NCBI RefSeq assembly: GCF_002803295.2
Contig: NZ_PGGB02000017.1
Location: 1,009-9,525, forward strand
Direction of reading: 5' to 3'
DNA length: 8,517 nucleotides
From: Caedibacter taeniospiralis
Lineage (GTDB): Bacteria > Pseudomonadota > Gammaproteobacteria > Francisellales > Francisellaceae
The notes beneath the pieces were generated by a model. The model saw nothing but the letters and a program-made list of their open reading frames with translations. It was not told the DNA's origin and made no database searches. Made by a program: the position numbers and the translations under genes. Within the stretch, counting starts at the first letter, position 1. Each line of letters begins with the position of its first letter. This document shows positions 1 to 5,493 of this stretch, piece after piece.

Positions 1-614
1 TCGGGTGAATAGATGATATACAAGGTACTGCCTGGCGATTCCCCAGAGGTACACCAGCCATACGGGCAATAAATTTCATTCGTGCCCGATAACGCACTAG
101 TAGACGATAACTGCAAAGTGCTAAGGGGAAGCTTCTGTGAATTCCAATAATCATCACCAAACAATGTCCACCACCAACCAGAGCCATTTGTCCCCAGTGA
201 AAATGCCAGTGAGCGTTCTGGTCGTTCGGTCGAGTGAACGGACATATGCATGACCGAATTCCTGGTGTCGCAAGTAGGGGTTAAATCACGTTCAAAATGC
301 CAAACCTGCCCATGATCATCTTTATCAACACAGACTAAACCTGCCTGGTTTGCGGGCACAGGGATCTTTACAATAACGGTCTTTTCTTGTTTGGGAAAGG
401 TACATTTGCCACCATCACACGAATCATCGCCGTCTGGATACATACATTGTGTACCAGGTGTCTGGGTAAACACAAAGGTTTCATCCTGCGTAGGCGCTAC
501 ACTGTTATAGACACAAAAACCGAGATTCCCCGTGGCACCTGCATAACCTCCATCAAACAACGCCACATTGCTGGCAATCACACCTAAACATTGTAATAAT
601 TTTATCTTTCTCAT
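1..614 (-). CDS. Hypothetical exported cysteine-rich protein, partial (N-terminal ~204 aa visible; 3' end lies beyond the left window edge)
   Basis: Absent from the supplied ORF track because it is open to the window edge. Hand translation of the reverse strand from ATG (614-612) gives MRKIKLLQCLGVIASNVALFDGGYAGATGNLGFCVYNSVAPTQDETFVFTQTPGTQCMYPDGDDSCDGGKCTFPKQEKTVIVKIPVPANQAGLVCVDKDDHGQVWHFERDLTPTCDTRNSV...GSGWWWTLFGDDYWNSQ...IYCPYGWCTSGESPGSTLYIIYSP. I checked every in-frame triplet down to base 3 and found no stop. There is an in-frame upstream stop at 629-627 and a GAGGA Shine-Dalgarno at 627-623, 8 nt from the ATG. The basic/hydrophobic N-terminus looks like a signal peptide and at least 9 Cys are visible. 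I recognise no family. Confidence 0.7.
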   Translation of the reverse strand, partial: MRKIKLLQCLGVIASNVALFDGGYAGATGNLGFCVYNSVAPTQDETFVFTQTPGTQCMYPDGDDSCDGGKCTFPKQEKTVIVKIPVPANQAGLVCVDKDDHGQVWHFERDLTPTCDTRNSVMHMSVHSTERPERSLAFSLGTNGSGWWWTLFGDDYWNSQKLPLSTLQLSSTSALSGTNEIYCPYGWCTSGESPGSTLYIIYSP

Positions 615-910
615 CTTGATGTTCCTCTAATAATTGGGTTGGAAATATACGAGATATAATATTTAATTATTTTGGCGAATCATAATAAAACGCCCCTATG
701 AGGTTGTTGGAAATTGCTTTAGATGCCAGATCTAAAGTCTAAAAACACGAACATCCCTGGAAGTTATGCTACAGATTGTTTTTTGTTTTGTCTATCATTT
801 TGTAAATAAAAAACAATAATTTTAACTAATTGTCATAAATTATTGTTATGAGTTTTAGCTCTGACCATCCTTCCTCCCGCTGTCATGGTGCTGAGCACCT
901 ATGCGCTTTG

Positions 911-953
911 AAAAACACCCCGCCTTGCAAGGCACCCCTCTTGAAAAGAGGGG
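911..953 (-). terminator. Putative intrinsic terminator region downstream of the large minus-strand ORF (two tandem GC-rich hairpins followed by T5)
   Basis: Read on the minus strand: CCCCTCT-TTTCA-AGAGGGG (953-935, 7-bp stem), then GCCT-TGCA-AGGC (933-922), then GGGGTG and TTTTT (915-911). It starts 36 nt after the TAA stop at 991-989. The T-run follows the weaker hairpin, so the geometry is not canonical. Confidence 0.4.
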
Positions 954-988
954 AATAACGGCTGGTGGGCGGAAAATATGCAGAGTTG

Positions 989-3900
989 TTATGAATAGGG
1001 TAAAAGAGCAGGTAACGGATAAGCAAATACTATGCTAGAAGCTATGGCACGATTAAAATCACTTGGGGTTCTGTCGCTTGCAGATACCCTGTCGTAGAAA
1101 TGGTGAGAACCAGCAGCAACTATGCCTGTCGCAGCTGCACCGCAAAGTATATGTGCTATATCATAAGAAGAGAGCTGCTTTTCTATTTTATACCCAAATA
1201 TGGCTGGAGACAGATACTGTTGAAAAGCCAACCTGGCAAGTTCTGATACCATTCCACGGACAAATCCGCAGATTTCGTGCCCATAATTTTCCTCAGGAAT
1301 ATATTTTTCACATAAATATGCACCTCCACCATCAATAAATCCATGTATCGCACCATTTAAAAGCGTCCCCATGAGCTTATTTGACCACTCTGAGTGTGAG
1401 TGATGATGCAGCTGGTTTGAAAACTCCCACAAAATATGTTCCATTACCCCACTTAATATTGCCTGAATCGACTTGTGATCCACAGCACTGGTCATTTCCA
1501 AATACTGGAATATACTGCTGAACATTCGACCGCCTAATTCAATAGACGGTTTTATTATCTTATCTGTCAAAGGTTCTTCTTTTGCTTCTGAGAAATAATC
1601 AACAATGGCATTTAAACTTGTGGTTGTAATAATAGAAAGTATCAGTGCATTAAGCATGACTCGCCGTTCTATAAGACCATTATTGTCCAGCTGACTTGAG
1701 TAAGCATCTTTGGTGTAAGCCAGATATATTACAGAGCTTGATATGGCAGGAACGATAAGCTCTTTAACTGCTGATTGAATAGTTTCATAAAAATCTGAAT
1801 CCTTAAGATTTATGATTTGATCGTTTAATTTTGAAGATACTCTACTACTTTGCTCATAGATAGCCTCAGGTTGGTTAGCCAATAATGCTTGAGGGTGAAC
1901 TGAAAACACATCCCCGTAGGGAATATTGAATACATCTAAGAAATAGCTCGTAATATCACCGCCTTGATCTATGGTGACAGCATTAAAGCCATTCTTTTCA
2001 AACGAAAAATAATCATAACTCAGTAGCGTCTGTGCGCTATCATCTATAGAAACTGGTCTCCTGCTTTCATCTAATTTAAACTTAACTGTCTGGTTGTTTC
2101 TATCATATAGAGTGAAATCACTGTATGAATTAAATACTAACTTAGACTCAAAATATTTATCATCGTCACCGTAGACCTTAGCAGTCAAGGCTTTATCCCT
2201 GAAGTCGTATTTATATGTTAAAGCTTGATGATTAAAATATGGTAACTTGATATTCTGAAAATAGTTCTCTGCATGGATACTGTCTAGCAAACCGTAATTT
2301 CCGTAATGGTATGCATATCTATTTAGACCCTCTTGTAATGTTGTTGTTTTATCTTCAGTTGTCATTTGCATTGACTTTCCTGATGAGAAATCAGCTGATA
2401 GCTTCTTATTGGCAATGTTATCAAAGTTAAACTTAATTCCCAATATTTGTTGTAACTGCGAAAACGTAACCGTGTCTGAGTGACCTTGGAAATTCACACT
2501 TATACTTGAAGCGGCATAGTCTATTGCATATGCCGAAATGGTTTTATATAAATTGCTAAGCCTAGTGCCAACTTTTGTCATGGCATTGTCTATTGCAAAC
2601 TGCACCACATTGGTAAGCTCGTCTCCTTGAGCATTTCTAATAGAATTTACCCTTTTTATTTCACATTTATTTTTTTCAGTGCTGAGATTGACATAGAAGA
2701 TATCAGAAATAAATTTTTGTATTCCGAGCATGCGATCAATCAAGGAGGTCGACTTGAGTATATCGTTATATTCATCGAAATATTGAAACTCTTTTTGCAA
2801 ACCTGAAGGGTAAGAAATAGAGCTGAGTTTATTAAATGGGTTATACGTAAATTTTGTTGTTTCAGATACAGGGTTGGTGACGGATTGAATTAATTTTTCC
2901 TGATTTACCTGATCTATCAGCACAGTAGCCATCTTCTGATCATTTTTTTTAATGATGACTTTATTATCCGTGGGGAAATATTCAAGCGTTATGTCCATTA
3001 AAATCTTTTCGCTCTCTGATAAGCTTCGAATACAAATGGTTGTCAGTGAGGACTTAGCATAAGAAAATTCGATGGTTATGCCGTTAAAGTTGTCTTCTAC
3101 TTTTACAGGATGTTGTCCACGGTCAAATGTAAAAGCTTTTTGTTCAGTAGAGTAAGTTGAGCTGATATCGTCATGCTTCTCACTGGTAACTTCATAGTAC
3201 TTTGAGTTGTATTCTATGGCGGTAACGTTCTGATTTTCATAGATAAGTCTTGGAAGTATATTTAAGCCCCATCCATAAAAATTACCTTCCTGTGAAGAGT
3301 CATAAGTTACCGAAAACATGCCTGTTTTGGTCGTATAAATTTCAATAGGAAAAATATCAATGCTTTCCTGGTTGTGTTTTAATCTCTTGTCAGCCTTATT
3401 TTTTTTCACCTGCTCTAGTAAGCATTGGGGCAGGTGATTACCAAGTTTTTTACTATCCATAAATTCTGCATAAATCTGATCAATGTTGTCAGGAGCTATT
3501 TGCTCAGTAAATGTATATTCTTCACCATCCTCTTCCAGGGCGAATGAAACATATAAATTTTTATACGCTTTTAAGGCATTCTCCATACGTCTCTTAGTCT
3601 CAGCTTGCAGCTCTGACTCGTCATCATAAAGATATCTCAGCTCTCTCCTCAGGGGCTCATAAGCCTCTGCAAAATATTGTTTTGCCATATCCTGTAATGA
3701 GGACCATGGATATTTACCCTCAGCAAACTCCTTAGGATTTATGATTGCCACCTCCCCAGTGTTATACAGCCAGTTTTTATAAGGAAATTCAGTAGCATTA
3801 AAGCCTGTATCCTTGTAATACAATTTTTTACGTATAGATTGGTCATTATTTAACAAGTCTGTAATACCAGCTGGCTTCACATAAAATATTGGTCCAGGGT

Positions 3901-4057
3901 AAACTCGTGGGCAAAGAGTATAGAATGCGCTCGGAGTGCTAGACACTAACCTGCCATTAATGTAGGTACACACGAATTTTCCAGCTGTTGTTGCATAACT
4001 CTGTAAGTAACAGAACAACGATGCAGGTACAATAATGGCTCGAAGAAATTTACTCAT
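989..4057 (-). CDS. Large (1022 aa) Sec-exported protein of unknown function, with degenerate YD/RHS-like beta repeats and a hydrophobic His-rich helical C-terminal module
   Basis: Longest ORF in the window (track 989..4108 using a TTG start). I prefer ATG 4057-4055. It gives a canonical signal peptide MSKFLRAIIVPASLFCYLQSYA|TTAGK with a K/R n-region, a hydrophobic core and a SYA small-x-small cleavage site. The alternative starts TTG-4108 and ATG-4093 fall inside the predicted promoter and Fur-like box. The Shine-Dalgarno is weak (AGG directly abutting the ATG). The frame is uninterrupted for 3 kb in AT-rich DNA, which makes it very unlikely to be non-coding. I see no catalytic motif (no HExxH, no convincing P-loop, no DPxGL Rhs core). 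Confidence 0.9.
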   Translation of the reverse strand: MSKFLRAIIVPASLFCYLQSYATTAGKFVCTYINGRLVSSTPSAFYTLCPRVYPGPIFYVKPAGITDLLNNDQSIRKKLYYKDTGFNATEFPYKNWLYNTGEVAIINPKEFAEGKYPWSSLQDMAKQYFAEAYEPLRRELRYLYDDESELQAETKRRMENALKAYKNLYVSFALEEDGEEYTFTEQIAPDNIDQIYAEFMDSKKLGNHLPQCLLEQVKKNKADKRLKHNQESIDIFPIEIYTTKTGMFSVTYDSSQEGNFYGWGLNILPRLIYENQNVTAIEYNSKYYEVTSEKHDDISSTYSTEQKAFTFDRGQHPVKVEDNFNGITIEFSYAKSSLTTICIRSLSESEKILMDITLEYFPTDNKVIIKKNDQKMATVLIDQVNQEKLIQSVTNPVSETTKFTYNPFNKLSSISYPSGLQKEFQYFDEYNDILKSTSLIDRMLGIQKFISDIFYVNLSTEKNKCEIKRVNSIRNAQGDELTNVVQFAIDNAMTKVGTRLSNLYKTISAYAIDYAASSISVNFQGHSDTVTFSQLQQILGIKFNFDNIANKKLSADFSSGKSMQMTTEDKTTTLQEGLNRYAYHYGNYGLLDSIHAENYFQNIKLPYFNHQALTYKYDFRDKALTAKVYGDDDKYFESKLVFNSYSDFTLYDRNNQTVKFKLDESRRPVSIDDSAQTLLSYDYFSFEKNGFNAVTIDQGGDITSYFLDVFNIPYGDVFSVHPQALLANQPEAIYEQSSRVSSKLNDQIINLKDSDFYETIQSAVKELIVPAISSSVIYLAYTKDAYSSQLDNNGLIERRVMLNALILSIITTTSLNAIVDYFSEAKEEPLTDKIIKPSIELGGRMFSSIFQYLEMTSAVDHKSIQAILSGVMEHILWEFSNQLHHHSHSEWSNKLMGTLLNGAIHGFIDGGGAYLCEKYIPEENYGHEICGFVRGMVSELARLAFQQYLSPAIFGYKIEKQLSSYDIAHILCGAAATGIVAAGSHHFYDRVSASDRTPSDFNRAIASSIVFAYPLPALLPYS

Positions 4058-4078
4058 CCTAAACGATCTCAATTTTAT

Positions 4079-4097
4079 GATAACGGTTATCATTATG
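4079..4097. promoter_or_regulatory. Fur-box-like operator overlapping the predicted -10 of the large ORF promoter
   Basis: GATAACGGTTATCATTATG matches the classical 19-bp Fur consensus GATAATGATAATCATTATC at 15/19 positions by hand alignment. It is embedded in a perfect 8-1-8 palindrome ATGATAAC-G-GTTATCAT (4077-4093). That palindrome also fits the 7-1-7 description TGATAAT-N-ATTATCA with one symmetric mismatch per arm. Confidence 0.5.
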
Positions 4098-4119
4098 CTT
4101 AAACACAATTAAATAGCAA
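4092..4119 (-). promoter_or_regulatory. Putative sigma70 promoter for the large ORF (-35 TTGCTA, 16-nt spacer, -10 CATAAT)
   Basis: On the minus strand TTGCTA is at 4119-4114, the 16-nt spacer at 4113-4098 and CATAAT at 4097-4092. This predicts a transcription start near 4085, about 28 nt upstream of ATG-4057. It is a hand motif match only and the region is AT-rich, so false positives are easy. Confidence 0.3.
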
Positions 4120-4255
4120 GCTTCAATTATCAGGAAACTGTTTCATAGGCTATACATGTGGTACGAGAAATAACTATATCTGATGCAAATGCTGAAACCA
4201 GCAGCAACCTCAGGCAGAAAAGGCGGGGCAGCCAACTGCTTAGAAGCGTGACCAA

Positions 4256-4280
4256 AATAAATTCATAAATAGAATTTATT
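4256..4280. promoter_or_regulatory. Perfect 9-7-9 inverted repeat containing a T-N11-A (LysR-type) motif; candidate binding site for the adjacent LTTR
   Basis: AATAAATTC-ATAAATA-GAATTTATT has 9-bp arms that are exact reverse complements. The core ATTC-N7-GAAT gives T(4262)-N11-A(4274). It lies in the divergent intergenic region, about 65-90 bp upstream of the likely lysR-family start and about 200 bp upstream of the large ORF start. Confidence 0.4.
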
Positions 4281-4317
4281 TTTACTAATTGTGAATGTTT
4301 TTTTACCTGTCAGTGGT

Positions 4318-4323
4318 TATAAT
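4318..4323 (+). promoter_or_regulatory. Candidate -10 element (perfect TATAAT) for the LysR-family gene
   Basis: TATAAT at 4318-4323 is preceded by GGT, a partial extended -10. There is no good -35 at 16-18 nt. If used, transcription would start near 4330, which excludes the track's GTG-4291 start. Confidence 0.3.
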
Positions 4324-4344
4324 GTACCCGAAGTAAACATAGAT

Positions 4345-5286
4345 ATGGGCGTATGTATGAGCTCTGCAGTGTACAATCTGAATTACTATCTGTTAAAGCT
4401 GTTTCACACAATATATGAAACAAAAAGTATTTCATCTTCAGCTGAGAAACTTTTTGTAACTCAGTCAACGGTAAGTAATGGGTTAAACAGATTAAGAAGT
4501 ATTTTTAATGATCAATTGTTTTATCGCAAGGACAATATGATGGTACCAACAAATCGTTCCATCAGCTTGTTCCCAGTGGTTACTCAAGCCATGGCGCAAT
4601 TTGAGCGCTTATCTTTTTACGAGCAGCCTTTTGATCCTAAAACAGTAGCAAGTCATTTTCGCATAGGTATTTCCCCCATTTTGCAGGTGCTTATTTATCC
4701 TGAACTGTTGATGCGTATGAAAAAATATAAAGTCACTCTGGATGTTGATGTACTAAGGGTTCCGAAGAACTCTATGGCTGTTGATTGGCATGAATATGAT
4801 TTTATACTTACGCAGATGGATTTTGTTCATGGTTACGAAAGAGCCTTTATGTATGAAGATGAGTTTCTTGTGCTGATGAACAAACATCATCCTCTTGCAA
4901 ATAAAGGTGTACTTGATATTAAGGACTATGCAAAGGCAACTCATGTAGCTACTCATTATTCTTCCCAAAACGATTCAGATCCATTAAATGCACTTCTTAA
5001 TAAGCACCAGATTAGTCGGAACATATTAGCAACCACAGATAATTTGGGAGCCATATATCAGTTAGTTCTGGATCATAACTGCGTGCTAACGTCAACGAGT
5101 AGCTTATACCAGATGTATAAGAAGCTTTTTTTTATGAATTTAGCCGCATTAAGGCTGAATGTTGAGCCAAACAAAATATCATACTATCTCTATTATTCGG
5201 ATAAGGTCATGATTGAGCCATCCCATGTATGGTTTAAGAATGAAGTGTTGTCCTTAGTGAAAGAAAAGCTTTGCCTAAAAACGTAA
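4345..5286 (+). CDS. LysR-family transcriptional regulator (LTTR), transcribed divergently from the large exported protein gene
   Basis: The N-terminal winged-HTH signature NLNYYLLKLFHTIYETKSISSSAEKLFVTQSTVSNGLNRLRSIFNDQLFYRKDNMMVPTNRS matches the LTTR pattern LNLLxxFxxVxxxxSxxxAAxxLxxSQPAxSxxLxRLRxxxxDxLFxRxxxGMxPT (LeuO/NodD-like subgroup). A substrate-binding-type domain of about 200 aa follows and the total length of about 310 aa is typical. The start is ambiguous: ATG-4345 (MGVCMSS...) or ATG-4357 (MSSAVYNLN...). Neither has a good Shine-Dalgarno. The track's GTG-4291 start is unlikely. Confidence 0.9.
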   Translation: MGVCMSSAVYNLNYYLLKLFHTIYETKSISSSAEKLFVTQSTVSNGLNRLRSIFNDQLFYRKDNMMVPTNRSISLFPVVTQAMAQFERLSFYEQPFDPKTVASHFRIGISPILQVLIYPELLMRMKKYKVTLDVDVLRVPKNSMAVDWHEYDFILTQMDFVHGYERAFMYEDEFLVLMNKHHPLANKGVLDIKDYAKATHVATHYSSQNDSDPLNALLNKHQISRNILATTDNLGAIYQLVLDHNCVLTSTSSLYQMYKKLFFMNLAALRLNVEPNKISYYLYYSDKVMIEPSHVWFKNEVLSLVKEKLCLKT

Positions 5287-5367
5287 AGCCCTTAACCGTT
5301 CTCCAAACGCTTATTACGCGAAAGGTTTCCACAGACCGATTGGTCGATAATCAGTCTGTAGCAAAAA

Positions 5368-5396
5368 GGGGAGGGCAGTTGCCCCAGTTAATTTTT
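5368..5396 (+). terminator. Possible intrinsic terminator after the LysR-family gene
   Basis: The GC-rich hairpin GGGGAGGGCAGTTGCCCC (5368-5385, GGGG/CCCC outer stem plus GGGC/GCCC alternative) is preceded by AAAAA and followed, after 6 nt, by TTTTT (5392-5396). The gap between stem and T-run makes it sub-canonical. Confidence 0.35.
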
Positions 5397-5464
5397 CAAG
5401 TAGTTCTTACGATGCTTCATTTAAGACGGTTTGTCTGTGGGTCATGTTTTGTATGTGTTGCTAA

Positions 5465-5493
5465 TTGACTTTTACTTTACCCCTACTTATTCT
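5465..5493 (+). promoter_or_regulatory. Putative sigma70 promoter for the adaptor/ABC operon (-35 TTGACT, 17-nt spacer, -10 TATTCT)
   Basis: TTGACT is at 5465-5470, followed by a 17-nt spacer and TATTCT at 5488-5493. This predicts a leader of about 155 nt before the GTG-5658 start. Hand motif match only. Confidence 0.3.

Noticed and set aside
387-587. 66-aa plus-strand ORF from the track
   Set aside because: It lies entirely antisense within the much longer minus-strand ORF (1..614), which has a proper Shine-Dalgarno and signal peptide. It has no ribosome binding site, and its composition looks like a shadow frame.
667-690. Weak Fur-like sequence (GAATCATAATAAA) upstream of the left-hand gene
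   Set aside because: It matches only about 10/19 positions of the Fur consensus in my alignment, which is indistinguishable from AT-rich background.
717-737. 8-bp hairpin CTTTAGAT-GCCAG-ATCTAAAG in the AT-rich spacer
   Set aside because: It is AT-rich, has no adjacent T-run on either strand, and is not positioned after any gene end. There is no clear function and it is plausibly chance.
848-958. 36-aa plus-strand ORF (MSFSSDHPSSRCHGAEHLCALKNTPPCKAPLLKRGE) in the spacer, and other mini-ORFs (697..741, 4183..4251)
   Set aside because: None has a Shine-Dalgarno. The 36-aa ORF runs through the hairpins that are better explained as a terminator or structured RNA. There is no basis for calling any of them an immunity gene.
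1063-1338. 91-aa plus-strand ORF from the track
   Set aside because: It is an antisense shadow ORF inside the 3-kb minus-strand gene. I see no Shine-Dalgarno and no recognisable features.
2372-2395. P-loop-like match ADFSSGKS ([AG]x4GK[ST]) in the large protein
   Set aside because: The context is hydrophilic (NKKLSADFSSGKSMQMTTEDK) with no preceding beta-strand and no Walker B. The protein is predicted to be exported. This short pattern occurs often by chance.
2943-3406. Two A8 homopolymer tracts in the large ORF coding strand (T8 on plus at 2943-2950 and 3399-3406) as phase-variation switches
   Set aside because: Both encode Lys-Lys-Asn in an AT-rich gene. T7 or T8 runs also occur in the LTTR, ATPase and permease genes. 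The length is at the low end for slipped-strand switching and the frame is intact.
4058-4108. N-terminal extension of the large ORF (TTG-4108 or ATG-4093 start)
   Set aside because: The extension would overlap the predicted promoter and Fur-like box, and would bury the otherwise canonical signal peptide behind 17 extra residues. ATG-4057 is the more economical start. This is not excluded experimentally.
918-4228. Inverted 9-mer AAGGCGGGG on either side of the large ORF (918-926 on the minus strand, 4220-4228 on the plus strand) as possible terminal inverted repeats
   Set aside because: The similarity does not extend beyond 9 nt on either side. Many 9-mer coincidences are expected by chance in an 8.5-kb window.
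4291-4344. GTG-4291 start for the LysR-family gene
   Set aside because: It adds about 18-22 residues before the conserved LTTR N-terminus and lies upstream of the only good -10 (TATAAT, 4318-4323). ATG-4345 or ATG-4357 fits the family length better.
4753-4968. 71-aa minus-strand ORF from the track
   Set aside because: It is an antisense shadow ORF inside the LysR-family gene.
5271-5468. 65-aa plus-strand ORF in the lysR/adaptor spacer
   Set aside because: It overlaps the end of the LTTR gene, has no Shine-Dalgarno, runs through the terminator-like hairpin, and has a low-complexity, basic sequence typical of chance ORFs.
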